A stretch of DNA of 64,000 nt, from assembly GCF_003018255.1 (NCBI RefSeq), contig NZ_CP027440.1. The stretch is one strand, 5' to 3'. The notes beneath the pieces are model-generated. The model was not told the DNA's origin, did not search any database, and saw only the letters and a list, made by a program, of their open reading frames with translations. The translations under genes were made by a program, and so were the position numbers. The stretch comes from Escherichia coli. GTDB taxonomy: Bacteria > Pseudomonadota > Gammaproteobacteria > Enterobacterales > Enterobacteriaceae. Position 1 is the first letter of the stretch, and every line of letters starts with the position of its first letter. Positions 1 through 11,164 of this stretch are shown in pieces.

Positions 1-165
1 CTCATCAAGCGAACATAATTAATACTGACTTGTTTTGCGTGATAAATAATAGATGTTCTCACGCTCTTAATTATTTAGCAGGTTATCTGAACGCGAAACA
101 TTATTGCCACATGGATAATAAAGCGGGAAATAATTTTCCATTAATAAGACAGAGTAATGTAAACG

Positions 166-196
166 AAGCCGGATGATATTAACGATCATCCGGCTT
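166..196. terminator. Perfect 10-bp inverted repeat (gccggatgat / atcatccggc) just downstream of the glcA stop; candidate terminator
   Basis: Inverted repeat read directly from sequence, flanked by T/A-rich runs on both strands. Confidence 0.45.
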
Positions 197-203
197 TATT
201 GAC

Positions 204-1886
204 TTACGAAACTAACATCCCGGTAAACACATACGCCTGCAACAGCGTGATAATGCCGATAACGCTGGCAAAAATCAGACTGTGCTTCACGGTGTAGCGG
301 AACAGTTCAGATTCCCGGCCCACCATGCCCGTCGCGGCGCAGGCCACGGCGATAGATTGCGGGGAGATCATCTTGCCAGTTACGCCGCCGCTGGTATTTG
401 CTGCCACCAGCAGGGTGTCAGAGACGTTGATTTGCTGCGCCGTGGTCGATTGCAGTGAACCAAACAGGGCGTTAGAGGAGGTGTCCGAGCCGGTAAGGAA
501 TACGCCCAGCCAGCCGAGAAACGGTGAGAAAAACGGGAACATTACGCCTGTACCAGCCAGTACCAGCGCCAGCGTGGTGGACATGCCGGAATAGTTGGTC
601 ACGAAGGCAAATGCCAGCACCATGCCAATCGACAGTATCGGCCACTTCAGACTAATTAGCGTTTCGGCAAAGACACCAATACCTTTCTTGATCCCCACGC
701 CGAGGATGAAGATCGAGATAATCGCCGCAATAAAAATAGCGGTGCCACCAGCAGAGAGGGGGTCGAATTTAAACACCGCGTCCATTGGCGTCGGCTGGGC
801 GACAATGGGGGCCGCTTTCAACACTTGTTGATGCAAATGAGGGATCTGGAAATTAATCACCAGCGAATAAAACGCGCCGCCCGGAGCAAATAACGCTTTA
901 AACGGCTTCATGGTCCAGATGGTGACCAACACCGTTAAGATTAAAAACGGTGACCACGCACGAATGATTTGCCCCAGACGATATTCTGAAGGCACGGGAC
1001 CGCCAGAAGACGGTTTATTCACCACCATCGCACCTGCGGATTGTCCCATACTGATTGCCGTTTCGGTATTTTTTGGCCGCCAGACTTTAAGAAATAAAGA
1101 AAGTGAGACGATACTCACCAGCGCCGAAGTAATATCCGGCAGTTCCGGACCAATATAGTTAGAGGTAAAGAACTGAGTGACAGCGAAGCTTCCCCCTGCA
1201 ACCAGCGCCGCTGGCCACGTCTCTTTCACCCCTTTCCAGCCGTCCATCATTGCTACCAGCCAGAACGGCACAAGAACCGACAGGAACGGTAACTGACGTC
1301 CCGCCATTGCGCCAATGTCGAACGGATCGATTCCCGTTACCTGACCGGCGACCAGAATTGGCACACCCAACGCACCAAACGCCACCGGCGCAGTGTTGGC
1401 AATCAGACACAGCCCCGCCGCGTATAGCGGTTTGAAGCCCAGGCCCACCAGTAGAGCACCGGTAATCGCCACCGGTGCGCCAAAGCCAGCCGCCCCTTCC
1501 AGCAGCGCACCAAAGGAGAAACCAATCAGTAACACCTGCAAACGCTGATCGTCGGTGATGGAGATAACCGAGCTGCGGATAATATCGAACTGGCCGCTGG
1601 CAACGGTTAATTTATACAGGAATACCGCCGCGACAATAATCCACGCAATAGGCCATAAACCATAAATAAAGCCATAGCCTGCAGCAGCAAATGCCATATC
1701 AATCGGCATTTTAAAGGCGAATATCGCAATCAGAATAGATAATATAAGGGTTATTGCTCCAGCGACATGTCCTTTCAGACGTAATACCGCGAGTGCAACG
1801 AAGAAGAATATTATTGGGATCAGGGCGACCAGAGCGGATAGCCCCAGTCCTCCCATCGGCATATACATTTGGGTCCAGGTAACCAT
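204..1886 (-). CDS. glcA: Glycolate/lactate permease (LctP family), 560 aa
   Basis: Full-length ORF; protein recognised as GlcA; length matches K-12 (560 aa); position downstream of glcB. Confidence 0.93.
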   Translation of the reverse strand: MVTWTQMYMPMGGLGLSALVALIPIIFFFVALAVLRLKGHVAGAITLILSILIAIFAFKMPIDMAFAAAGYGFIYGLWPIAWIIVAAVFLYKLTVASGQFDIIRSSVISITDDQRLQVLLIGFSFGALLEGAAGFGAPVAITGALLVGLGFKPLYAAGLCLIANTAPVAFGALGVPILVAGQVTGIDPFDIGAMAGRQLPFLSVLVPFWLVAMMDGWKGVKETWPAALVAGGSFAVTQFFTSNYIGPELPDITSALVSIVSLSLFLKVWRPKNTETAISMGQSAGAMVVNKPSSGGPVPSEYRLGQIIRAWSPFLILTVLVTIWTMKPFKALFAPGGAFYSLVINFQIPHLHQQVLKAAPIVAQPTPMDAVFKFDPLSAGGTAIFIAAIISIFILGVGIKKGIGVFAETLISLKWPILSIGMVLAFAFVTNYSGMSTTLALVLAGTGVMFPFFSPFLGWLGVFLTGSDTSSNALFGSLQSTTAQQINVSDTLLVAANTSGGVTGKMISPQSIAVACAATGMVGRESELFRYTVKHSLIFASVIGIITLLQAYVFTGMLVS

Positions 1887-2200
1887 ATTGTTCAGTCTCT
1901 TATTATCTTTATATGCTTGATATACTTAAGGTTGTAATAAGCAAAAGAGGACTGAACTGTAAAATATAGGCGTTATACTTTACAGCAACAGTACGCCGCT
2001 AACGCAATTGCTACCTCTGGCATAACAAGTATATCGGGTAAGGGTTTCTGTTCCGCACACGCAGGCGCAGAGTATCGTTAAGATGTCCATATTGTTGTTT
2101 TAATCCCGCTAGTGATGCGCTACGGGTATTTAATATTGTTAACCCCTGATAATCGCTCCGGTTATTTCCGGGATAAATGTACTACCGCAGTTACTATCAT

Positions 2201-2234
2201 AGCCCCGACAATAAATCTTGCCGGGGCTTTTTTT
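2201..2234 (+). terminator. Hairpin (gccccg...cggggc) followed by a 7-T run on the plus strand, 8 nt beyond the glcB stop
   Basis: GC stem plus T-tract read from sequence; canonical intrinsic-terminator geometry only on the plus strand. Confidence 0.4.
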
Positions 2235-2241
2235 GACGCTA

Positions 2242-4413
2242 TTAATGATTTTCTTTTTCGCGTAAACGCCATGCGTGTAATAACGGTTCGGTATAGCCGT
2301 TTGGCTGTTTCACTCCGAGGAAGATCAAATCGCAGGCAGCTTTAAAAGCACACGAGTTAGCGAAATTCTCCACCATTGGACGATAAGCCGGATCGCCAGC
2401 GTTTTGCTGATCAACCACTTTCGCCATATTCTCCAGCGACGCCTGCACCTGATCTTTGGTCAGAATACCGTGACGTAACCAGTTGGCGATATGCTGGCTG
2501 GAAATACGCAGCGTTGCGCGGTCTTCCATCAACGCCACGTTGTGAATATCCGGCACTTTTGAACAACCAATCCCCTGCTCCACCCAACGCACCACGTACC
2601 CCAGAATCCCCTGCACGTTGTTATCCAGCTCTTGTTGGATCTCTTGCGCCGACCAATTAGCGTTTTCAGCAACCGGAATAGTCAGCAGATCGTCCAGCAG
2701 CGGTTCAAATTCAGCATTGAACTCGGTCTGGGCAATGTTGGCTTGCACGCTCTGTACGTTGGTTTGGTGGTAGTGCAGCGCATGGAGCGTAGCGGCAGTT
2801 GGCGACGGAACCCAGGCCGTGTTTGCCCCGGCACGCAATTGGTCGCCCTTCTGGCTGTACATGTCTGCCATCAGGTCCGGCATTGCCCACATGCCTTTAC
2901 CGATTTGCGCTTTTCCACGTAGCCCACAGAACAGACCGGAAAGCACGTTATTACGTTCGTAGGCTTTGATCCACGGCGTCGATTTCATCTGGTTTTTACG
3001 CAGCATCGGGCCCGCTTCCATCACCGAATGCATTTCATCGCCGGTACGGTCGAGGAAACCGGTATTGATGAACGCCACGCGGTTGCGCGCCTGAGCGATA
3101 CAGCTACGCAAGTTCAGCGAGGTCCGGCGTTCTTCATCCATAATGCCCATTTTCAGGGTATTCGGTGCCATACCGAGCATTGTCTCAACGCGGGAAAACA
3201 GTTTGTTGGCGAACGCCACTTCCTGCGGACCGTGCATTTTCGGTTTCACAATATAGACGCTGCCAGTGCGCGAGTTTTTCTGCACTTTTAAATCATAGAG
3301 GGCAATCGCGCCAGTCATGACGCCATCAAGAATGCCTTCCGGGATTTCATTGCCTTCGCTGTCCCAAATCACAGGAATGGTCATCAAATGACCCACGTTG
3401 CGGATAAACAGCAACGAGCGTCCGTGCAGAGAAATTTCAGATCCATCGGCGGCAGTGTACTGACGATCGTCATTCAGTTTACGCACGATTTGCCGACCGT
3501 TCTTCTCCATTTTCTCTTGCAGAGTCCCCTGCATCAGGCCCAGCAGGTTGCGGTACAGCAGGATTTTATCTTCCGCATCAACCGCCGCAACCGAATCTTC
3601 GCAGTCGAGAATGGTACTGATGGCCGCTTCGACGATAACATCGTTGATGTGCGCCGAATCGTCTTTGCCAATCCGCCCGTTGGCATCGATTTGTAGCTCA
3701 ATATGCAGGCCGTTATTTTTCAGCAAAATGCAGGTCAGCGCAGCAGTATCGCCACGGTAACCGACAAACTGTGCTGGAGTACGTAACGTGGTTTCTTTAC
3801 CATTTTTCAACTGGATGCGTAATTGTTTATCGACCACCTTAAACGCCACCACATCCTGATAGCTGCCGTTTTCCAGCGGTAGTGATTCATCGAGGAAACG
3901 CCGAACCCAGGCGATAACCTGCTCACCACGCTGCGGATCGTAGCCGCTGACCATCGCCCCTTCCTGCGGGATGATGTCACTGCCGTATAACGCATCGTAC
4001 AGTGAGCCCCAGCGAGCGTTCGCCGCGTTCAGCGCGTAGCGGGCGTTCATCGCCGGAACCACCAGCTGTGGCCCCGCCTGACTGGTGATTTCGCTGTCGA
4101 TGCCCGTGGTTTCCACCGTAACGTGGTCAGGCTGTGGCACCAGGTAGCCCAGTTCACGCAGGAAAGATTTATAGGCCGCTTTATCTTTTACCGGCCCCGG
4201 ATTGCTGCGATGCCACTCATCAAGCGCCGCCTGAATGCGATCACGCTCTGCCAGCAACTGACGATTCTCTGGCGCCAGATCGTGAACGATCTCATCAACA
4301 TTGCGCCAGAACGCGGCAGCGTCCAGTTCCACGCCCGGCAAAACTTCTTCATCCACAAAACGTTTAAAATTGGCGTCAATGCGTAAACGGCCCTGGGTTA
4401 TGGTTTGACTCAT
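2242..4413 (-). CDS. glcB: Malate synthase G, 723 aa
   Basis: ORF length and N-terminus ([13 protein letters not shown]...) match malate synthase G. Confidence 0.95.
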   Translation of the reverse strand: MSQTITQGRLRIDANFKRFVDEEVLPGVELDAAAFWRNVDEIVHDLAPENRQLLAERDRIQAALDEWHRSNPGPVKDKAAYKSFLRELGYLVPQPDHVTVETTGIDSEITSQAGPQLVVPAMNARYALNAANARWGSLYDALYGSDIIPQEGAMVSGYDPQRGEQVIAWVRRFLDESLPLENGSYQDVVAFKVVDKQLRIQLKNGKETTLRTPAQFVGYRGDTAALTCILLKNNGLHIELQIDANGRIGKDDSAHINDVIVEAAISTILDCEDSVAAVDAEDKILLYRNLLGLMQGTLQEKMEKNGRQIVRKLNDDRQYTAADGSEISLHGRSLLFIRNVGHLMTIPVIWDSEGNEIPEGILDGVMTGAIALYDLKVQKNSRTGSVYIVKPKMHGPQEVAFANKLFSRVETMLGMAPNTLKMGIMDEERRTSLNLRSCIAQARNRVAFINTGFLDRTGDEMHSVMEAGPMLRKNQMKSTPWIKAYERNNVLSGLFCGLRGKAQIGKGMWAMPDLMADMYSQKGDQLRAGANTAWVPSPTAATLHALHYHQTNVQSVQANIAQTEFNAEFEPLLDDLLTIPVAENANWSAQEIQQELDNNVQGILGYVVRWVEQGIGCSKVPDIHNVALMEDRATLRISSQHIANWLRHGILTKDQVQASLENMAKVVDQQNAGDPAYRPMVENFANSCAFKAACDLIFLGVKQPNGYTEPLLHAWRLREKENH

Positions 4414-4434
4414 TGTTTCTCTCCTCGTTTTCGC

Positions 4435-4839
4435 TTATTTCGCCAACACCGCTGCTGCCGCTTTCGCGACCTGCGCATCCTGTGCTCCGGTTAAACCAGA
4501 AACGCCCACGGCACCAATAATTTGCCCATCAACAACAACCGGTACGCCGCCTTCCAGCGACGTCAGTAACGGCGCAGTCACGAACGCGGTACGTCCGTTG
4601 TTCACCATCTCTTCATAGCCCTTAGTTTCACGACGCCCCAGCGCGGCGGTACGCGCTTTCTCCTGGGAGATGTAAGCCGCAATCGGCGCGCAATCGTCCA
4701 TGCGACTTAACGCCAGCAGATGACCGCCGTCATCGGCAACAGCAATGGAAACAGACCAGTTGTTTTTCTGCGCCTCTTCCTGACCTGCGGCAATAATTGC
4801 ACTCGCCATTTGCTGGCTAAGAATGACTTTAGTTTTCAT
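4435..4839 (-). CDS. glcG: GlcG (heme-binding GlcG/HbpS family), 134 aa
   Basis: Track ORF trimmed to internal ATG (MKTKVILSQQ...) giving the K-12 length; glc operon context. Confidence 0.88.
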   Translation of the reverse strand: MKTKVILSQQMASAIIAAGQEEAQKNNWSVSIAVADDGGHLLALSRMDDCAPIAAYISQEKARTAALGRRETKGYEEMVNNGRTAFVTAPLLTSLEGGVPVVVDGQIIGAVGVSGLTGAQDAQVAKAAAAVLAK

Positions 4840-4843
4840 TTTG

Positions 4844-6067
4844 TTATTCCTTTTCAAGGGCTTGTTCTACAATTTCAATCCAGTGACGCACAGAGGTACG
4901 ACCGGCGCTCGCCAGATGCGTCTGGCAACCAATGTTGGCGGTGACGATCATTTCCGGTTTGCCGCTTTCCAGCGCATTCATTTTGTTATCCCGCAGCTGG
5001 CGTGCCAGATCGGGATGCGTTAACGCATATGTTCCCGCTGAACCGCAGCACAGATGGCTGTCGGGAACGTCCGTTAAGGTAAATCCAAGACGAAATAACA
5101 CTTTTTCCACTTCGCCGTTCAGCTTTTGCGCATGTTGTAGGGTACACGGGCAGTGGAAGGCCAGTTTTTTATCGCCGCGAATTGCCAGTTTTTCCAGTGG
5201 TTCCTTGCGCAGAAGTTCGACTAAATCGACCGCCAGCTCACTGACCTGACGCGCTTTATCGGCATACAACGCATCGTTTTTCAGCATCTGCCCATACTCT
5301 TTAACGAACGCGCCGCAACCGCTGGCGGTTTGCAAAATTGCCTCGGCACCTGCTTCAATCGCGGGCCACCAGGCATCAATATTATTGCGCGCCCGCGCTA
5401 ACCCTTTCTCTTGCGCATTAAGATGATAGTCCACCGCGCCACAACAGCCTGCTTCGTTAGCTGGCATGACGCTGATCCCCAGACGATCCAGCACTCGCGC
5501 AGTTGCCGCGTTGGTGTTGGGCGAAAGCGTAGGCTGGGCGCAGCCTTCCAGCATTAAAACCCGACGCTTATGGCGCAGCGGTGGACGCGGTTTAGCTTTC
5601 ACGGTTTCAGCAGGCAGTTTTGCTCTGACCTGTTCCGGTAAAAACGGTCGCAGCACCAGCCCTACCTGCGTCAGCGCACGGAAGACCGCCGGACGCGGCA
5701 CTACCTGGCGCAATCCTTCGCGCAGCATTCGCTCCGGCAGTGGGCGTTTCACTTTCTGCTCGACAATATCACGCCCGATATCCAGCAAATTGTGATAACG
5801 CACACCAGAAGGACAGGTGGTTTCACAATTGCGGCAAGTGAGACAGCGATCGAGATGCTCCTGTGTTTTAAGCGTGACTTCGTTGCCTTCCAGTACCTGT
5901 TTAATCAGATAGATGCGCCCGCGCGGCCCGTCCAGTTCATCGCCCAGAAGCTGATAGGTTGGGCAGGTTGCGGTACAAAATCCGCAGTGAACACAGGCGC
6001 GCAGGATGCTGTCGGCTTCCAGCGCGCGCGCGTTCTGCCGCATCTCTTCTGTTAATCGGGTTTGCAT
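4844..6067 (-). CDS. glcF: Glycolate oxidase iron-sulfur subunit, 407 aa
   Basis: Track ORF has 63-codon N-terminal extension; internal start MQTRLTEEMRQNARAL gives 407 aa; CxxCxxCxxxCP ferredoxin motifs present. Confidence 0.9.
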   Translation of the reverse strand: MQTRLTEEMRQNARALEADSILRACVHCGFCTATCPTYQLLGDELDGPRGRIYLIKQVLEGNEVTLKTQEHLDRCLTCRNCETTCPSGVRYHNLLDIGRDIVEQKVKRPLPERMLREGLRQVVPRPAVFRALTQVGLVLRPFLPEQVRAKLPAETVKAKPRPPLRHKRRVLMLEGCAQPTLSPNTNAATARVLDRLGISVMPANEAGCCGAVDYHLNAQEKGLARARNNIDAWWPAIEAGAEAILQTASGCGAFVKEYGQMLKNDALYADKARQVSELAVDLVELLRKEPLEKLAIRGDKKLAFHCPCTLQHAQKLNGEVEKVLFRLGFTLTDVPDSHLCCGSAGTYALTHPDLARQLRDNKMNALESGKPEMIVTANIGCQTHLASAGRTSVRHWIEIVEQALEKE

Positions 6068-6077
6068 AGCCTGCTCC

Positions 6078-7130
6078 TCAAAGTTCCGCGTACATGCGAC
6101 CGGGGTTAAACACGCCGCAAGGGTCGAGCTGCTGTTTAAGCTGCTGGTGATAGCGGAATAAAGGAGCCGGTAGCGGGGCAAAGCCACCATCTCCGGCACT
6201 AAAGCGGGTCGCATGACCGCCAGCGTTGCGGGCGATGCGATGGATTTGATTGTCATCGGCTGTCGATTTCAGCCAGCGTAACGCCCCGCCCCAGTCGATC
6301 AGTTGCTCGCCGGGTAAATCCATCATCGGCGCATCGCTGGGTAATGAAATGCGCCATAAGGTACCTGGTAACGAGAAGAACGGCAGTTGTTGTTCACGCA
6401 ATTGCTGCCAGAACTGACCCGCAACCTCTTCGCCCCCCAGCAGTTCACGCGCTGCTTTTACCGATCCTTCGCCGCCCTCAAGGCGGATCCACAACGCATT
6501 GTCGAAGTAACATAAGCCACTAATGGGTAATGGCTGAAGTTGCCACTGGGCGATTTCATTCATGGCTTCTTGCAGGCTGATTTCCCGACGCAGACTCAGG
6601 GTGGCGCGTGGTCGCGGTAACACTTTCATCGAGATTTCAGTGAGCACACCCAGACAACCGTAGCTTCCGGCCATTAACCGTGAGAGATCGTATCCGGCAA
6701 CGTTTTTCATCACTTCGCCACCAAAACGCAGATGTTTTCCAGTGCCGGTAATGATGCGCGTGCCGAGGACAAAATCGCGGACCGAACCGCTCCACGGGCG
6801 ACGCGGCCCCGCCAGCCCGCAGGCGACCATCCCGCCCCAGGTGGCTTCTTCACCATAATGCGGCGGCTCGCAGGGGAGCATTTGCCCGGCGCTCTCCAGC
6901 GCCGCTTCAATGGCTACCAGCGGCGTTCCGGCACGCGCGGTTATCACCAGCTCGGTCGGGTCGTAATTAACAATGCCTCGATGACAACGCACATCCAGCG
7001 TTTGCCCGGTGACAGGGCGGCCTAAAAAGGCTTTGCTATTGCTTCCCTGAATCACCAGCGGCGTTTTATCGCTAATCGCCTGATTCACCTGCTCCAGCAG
7101 CGCCTGACTGTAATCACACTCGCGTAGCAT
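6078..7130 (-). CDS. glcE: Glycolate oxidase FAD-binding subunit, 350 aa
   Basis: ORF length and context between glcF and glcD. Confidence 0.9.
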   Translation of the reverse strand: MLRECDYSQALLEQVNQAISDKTPLVIQGSNSKAFLGRPVTGQTLDVRCHRGIVNYDPTELVITARAGTPLVAIEAALESAGQMLPCEPPHYGEEATWGGMVACGLAGPRRPWSGSVRDFVLGTRIITGTGKHLRFGGEVMKNVAGYDLSRLMAGSYGCLGVLTEISMKVLPRPRATLSLRREISLQEAMNEIAQWQLQPLPISGLCYFDNALWIRLEGGEGSVKAARELLGGEEVAGQFWQQLREQQLPFFSLPGTLWRISLPSDAPMMDLPGEQLIDWGGALRWLKSTADDNQIHRIARNAGGHATRFSAGDGGFAPLPAPLFRYHQQLKQQLDPCGVFNPGRMYAEL

Positions 7131-8629
7131 CAGAAACGCTCCAGTTCAGGGAAAGGTAAATGACCGTGATGCACATGCATGGCACCAAATTCAGCACAGC
7201 GGTGTAGCGTGGGAATGTTTTTCCCAGGGTTCAGCAAACCATCGGGATCAAACGCCGCCTTGACCGCATGGAAGGTCGTGATTTCATCGCTGTTGAACTG
7301 GGCGCACATTTGATTGATTTTTTCGCGCCCGATGCCATGTTCCCCACTGATGCTGCCGCCAACTTCAACGCAGAGTTCGAGGATCTTCCCGCCCAGCTCT
7401 TCCGCGCGGGCAAATTCACCGGGTTCGTTGGCATCGAAAAGGATTAACGGGTGCATGTTGCCGTCTCCGGCATGAAAGACGTTGGCAACGCGTAAATCAT
7501 ATTGCTGCGATAAACGGGCAATGCCTTCCAGTACGCCAGGCAGGGCGCGGCGCGGGATGGTGCCATCCATGCAGTAGTAATCCGGGGAGATACGTCCTAC
7601 CGCCGGGAACGCATTTTTGCGACCGGCCCAGAAACGTACGCGCTCTGCTTCGTCCTGTGCCAGACGGACGTCAGTCGCGCCCGCTTTCAACAAGATGTCG
7701 TTAACCCGCTCGCAGTCTTCCTGTACGTCAGACTCCACGCCGTCCAGCTCGCATAACAAAATCGCTTCGGCGTCGACGGGATAACCGGCATGAATAAAAT
7801 CTTCCGCTGCGCGGATCGACAGGTTATCCATCATCTCCAGCCCGCCGGGGATAATGCCATTGGCGATGATGTCACCAACCGCAAGTCCGGCTTTTTCTAC
7901 CGAGTCAAAGCTGGCTAACAGAACCCGCGCCACGGGCGGCTTCGGCAGCAGTTTTACCGTCACTTCGGTGGTCACGCCGAGCATACCTTCCGATCCGGTG
8001 AACAGCGCCAGCAGGTCAAAACCAGGCGAATCCAGCGCATCCGATCCCAGCGTCAGCGCCTCGCCGTCCAGCGTTTGCACTTCAATTTTCAGCAGGTTAT
8101 GTACGGTCAGACCATATTTCAGGCAGTGAACGCCACCGGCATTTTCCGCCACATTGCCGCCAATTGAACAGGCGATTTGTGAGGAAGGATCCGGCGCGTA
8201 ATAGAGATTATGCGGCGCAACGGCCTGGGAGATCGCCAGATTACGCACGCCCGGCTGCACGCGCGCGCGGCGACCAACGGGGTTAATGTCGAGGATCTCT
8301 TTAAAGCGCGCCATCACCAACAACACACCTTTTTCCAGTGGCAGCGCGCCACCAGAAAGCCCGGTGCCTGCACCACGGGTCACCACCGGTACACGCAGGC
8401 GGTGGCAGACAGCCAGAATCGCCGTCACCTGTTCCATCTGCTTTGGCAAAACAACCAGTAATGGACGCGTGCGATACGCGCTCAACCCGTCACACTCGTA
8501 AGGAATGATCTCCTCATCGGTATGCAGGATCTCAAGTCCAGGGACATGCTCACGCAGTGCCATCAGTACCGATGTGCGGTCGACATCGGGTAAAGCGCCA
8601 TCAAGACGCTCTTCGTACAAGATGCTCAT
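7130..8629 (-). CDS. glcD: Glycolate oxidase subunit GlcD (FAD-linked oxidase), 499 aa
   Basis: ORF length 499 aa; first gene of glcDEFGBA; 1-nt overlap with glcE. Confidence 0.93.
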   Translation of the reverse strand: MSILYEERLDGALPDVDRTSVLMALREHVPGLEILHTDEEIIPYECDGLSAYRTRPLLVVLPKQMEQVTAILAVCHRLRVPVVTRGAGTGLSGGALPLEKGVLLVMARFKEILDINPVGRRARVQPGVRNLAISQAVAPHNLYYAPDPSSQIACSIGGNVAENAGGVHCLKYGLTVHNLLKIEVQTLDGEALTLGSDALDSPGFDLLALFTGSEGMLGVTTEVTVKLLPKPPVARVLLASFDSVEKAGLAVGDIIANGIIPGGLEMMDNLSIRAAEDFIHAGYPVDAEAILLCELDGVESDVQEDCERVNDILLKAGATDVRLAQDEAERVRFWAGRKNAFPAVGRISPDYYCMDGTIPRRALPGVLEGIARLSQQYDLRVANVFHAGDGNMHPLILFDANEPGEFARAEELGGKILELCVEVGGSISGEHGIGREKINQMCAQFNSDEITTFHAVKAAFDPDGLLNPGKNIPTLHRCAEFGAMHVHHGHLPFPELERF

Positions 8630-8879
8630 GAATAGGCTTCGCTTTGTTGTGTTGTGTGGCAGCTGATTTTTGCGCGCTGCTTCTGTGAACAGTTATTAAG
8701 CGGGCTTTTCGTTTTCGTCTATCTCTTTAGCTACCGGTCAGACCATTTTTTTTCCAGCTCTGTGACCTTGCCTTGGTTAACTTAATGTTAAATTGATGTA
8801 ACATAATCACTTGCGTGATGTGCGTGTTTTGCGAGTTAAGAACAGAAAAATTGGTCCTACCTGTGCACGAGGTCCGGGA
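8630..8879. promoter_or_regulatory. Divergent glcC / glcDEFGBA control region
   Basis: 250-bp non-coding interval between divergently oriented glcD and glcC starts; regulatory role known from K-12 biology, no motifs verified here. Confidence 0.5.
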
Positions 8880-9644
8880 ATGAAAGATGAACGTCGCCCT
8901 ATTTGCGAAGTGGTTGCAGAGAGTATCGAACGGTTAATTATCGACGGCGTGTTGAAGGTCGGTCAGCCGCTTCCCTCGGAACGTCGACTGTGTGAAAAGC
9001 TCGGCTTCTCACGCTCCGCACTGCGTGAAGGGCTGACCGTGCTGCGCGGGCGCGGGATTATTGAAACGGCGCAGGGTCGCGATTCTCGTGTCGCACGGCT
9101 TAATCGGGTGCAGGACGCCAGCCCGCTGATCCATCTGTTCAGTACGCAGCCGCGAACGCTGTACGATCTGCTCGACGTTCGCGCATTACTGGAGGGCGAA
9201 TCGGCAAGGCTGGCGGCAACGCTGGGAACCCAGGCTGATTTTGTTGTGATAACCCGCTGTTATGAAAAAATGCTCGCCGCCAGTGAGAACAACAAAGAGA
9301 TTTCGCTGATCGAACATGCGCAGTTGGATCACGCTTTCCATCTCGCCATTTGTCAGGCTTCTCACAATCAGGTGCTGGTGTTTACGCTGCAATCATTGAC
9401 CGATCTGATGTTTAATTCAGTGTTTGCCAGCGTAAATAATCTCTACCATCGACCACAGCAAAAAAAGCAGATCGATCGCCAGCATGCGCGGATCTACAAC
9501 GCGGTGTTGCAGCGGCTGCCGCACGTCGCCCAGCGCGCAGCACGTGATCATGTGCGGACCGTGAAAAAGAATCTCCACGATATCGAGCTGGAAGGCCACC
9601 ATTTGATTCGCTCGGCGGTGCCGCTGGAGATGAAGCAGGGGTGA
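8880..9644 (+). CDS. glcC: GntR/FadR-family glc operon activator, 254 aa
   Basis: Track ORF trimmed to ATG at 8880 (MKDERRPICEV...) giving 254 aa. Confidence 0.92.
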   Translation: MKDERRPICEVVAESIERLIIDGVLKVGQPLPSERRLCEKLGFSRSALREGLTVLRGRGIIETAQGRDSRVARLNRVQDASPLIHLFSTQPRTLYDLLDVRALLEGESARLAATLGTQADFVVITRCYEKMLAASENNKEISLIEHAQLDHAFHLAICQASHNQVLVFTLQSLTDLMFNSVFASVNNLYHRPQQKKQIDRQHARIYNAVLQRLPHVAQRAARDHVRTVKKNLHDIELEGHHLIRSAVPLEMKQG

Positions 9645-9650
9645 CTGCCA

Positions 9651-10793
9651 TCAAATCTGCTTTTCATACAATCGGTAACGCTTGTACGGCTCCGCCCCAA
9701 TGCGTTCCAGCATGTTATTCATGCCTGTATTGGTTTCGAGGATCCATGACATCTCCAGCGCATCGATCTTCCGACGGGCAAACGGATCGCGTAAGGCTTC
9801 AATCAATAACAGCGCAATTACCGGGCCGATGCGGCTGAACTGATACTCGTCCCGCACGCCCATCAGCGGCACTCGCGCAGTTCGCACACCGCTGACTTTC
9901 AAACGCCACAGCAATTTTGCCCAGCCGAAGGGAAAGAGCGATCCGTTCAGATCGGCAATCGCCTCGTTGATGTTCGGCAAGCCAACAATAAACGCGCAGG
10001 GTGCAGAATCAATCTCAGCGATGTAGATCATATCGTCCGGCACCAGATATTTAAGTTGATCGCCCATGGTCGCGAATTCATGTTCGGTAAACGGCACAAA
10101 TCCCCAGTTGTGCTGCCAGCCAGAATTGAAAATCTCACGCAGGATCTGCATCTCTTCGGCAAACCGCTGGCGATTGATGCAGCGAATGGTCACTTTTTTG
10201 CGCACCTGATCCATCAGTTTTTTTAGCGCCGGAGAGAACGTGAGATCGGTTCGCTGCATCCACCACGCCAGTAAATCAATGCCTTTGTGATAACCCAGTT
10301 GTTCAATATGCGCGGCATACCACGGTTTGCCGTGTGGCATCATCGCACAGGGCGGAGTGTCAAAACCTTCAATCAGTAATCCGCTTTCCTGATTGATATT
10401 CAGGCTGAAAGGCCCGCTGATCTTATTTGCACCTTGTGACTTTAACCACGCTTCCGCTGCGCCAAACAACGCGGCAAAAACCTGCGGATCATCAATGGCA
10501 TCAATCATTCCGTAATGACCGGTATCTTCACCGTAACGCTCACGGTGCAAGGTATCGATTTGCGCGGTAATACGCCCAACTATCTGCCCCGCTTTTTTTG
10601 CCACCCACGCCTGCCAGATGATATGGTCCGTCCCCGGATTCTTCGCAGACAAATGCTCGCTGCGTTCAATGAATAAAGGGGGTATCCAGTTTGGATCATC
10701 GGGATAAAGTGATGACGGAAAAGCGATAAATGCCTTAAGGTCATTTTTATTAATTACTTTTTCAATTTTAATCATCAGCAGATCGCATTCCAT
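9651..10793 (-). CDS. yghO: Large GNAT-like acyltransferase (YghO), 380 aa; candidate N-acyltransferase of the adjacent lipid module
   Basis: Full-length ORF convergent with glcC and divergent from the acyl-AMP ligase operon; position matches yghO in K-12; GNAT-like assignment from sequence recognition only. Confidence 0.7.
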   Translation of the reverse strand: MECDLLMIKIEKVINKNDLKAFIAFPSSLYPDDPNWIPPLFIERSEHLSAKNPGTDHIIWQAWVAKKAGQIVGRITAQIDTLHRERYGEDTGHYGMIDAIDDPQVFAALFGAAEAWLKSQGANKISGPFSLNINQESGLLIEGFDTPPCAMMPHGKPWYAAHIEQLGYHKGIDLLAWWMQRTDLTFSPALKKLMDQVRKKVTIRCINRQRFAEEMQILREIFNSGWQHNWGFVPFTEHEFATMGDQLKYLVPDDMIYIAEIDSAPCAFIVGLPNINEAIADLNGSLFPFGWAKLLWRLKVSGVRTARVPLMGVRDEYQFSRIGPVIALLLIEALRDPFARRKIDALEMSWILETNTGMNNMLERIGAEPYKRYRLYEKQI

Positions 10794-11164
10794 ATCTCTG
10801 TGGATAACAAATAATTAACGGTGAAAAACAGGTTGCAACAGCAACGAACGGCATCTTAATAATCAACCCAATGAATACAAACAAAGAATAAATAGTATTT
10901 ATTAATGATTACGATAAGGTCAGAGACTACACAGAAGCGCCACAATGCCTCTTGTCGATTTAAGGCGACCGGACAAGGCTCCTTCTTAATATATTCATAA
11001 ATTAAATATCATTCACAATAAAAACAAAAAAACTCAAACATATTATTTAAATCAATGTTCATTTTCACACCGATGAAAATACTATCTCATTTATCTTTTA
11101 TGCCTATATAATCCACCGCATTATTGTCATTTTATTTTGGATATCCAATTTTTTCGTGGTGTAT

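Noticed and set aside
6068-6256. N-terminal 63-codon extension of the glcF track ORF (and similar extensions on glcC, yqhC, metC, hybD/E/F, ygiS, ygiW, yghU, yqhA, yqhD)
   Set aside because: Extensions run into upstream genes or intergenic DNA; trimming to internal starts gives the known K-12 protein lengths.
10794-11164. Possible IS element or transposase at the yghO junction (K-12 has IS5 here)
   Set aside because: No transposase-like ORF or terminal inverted repeats seen; region is plain AT-rich intergenic DNA.
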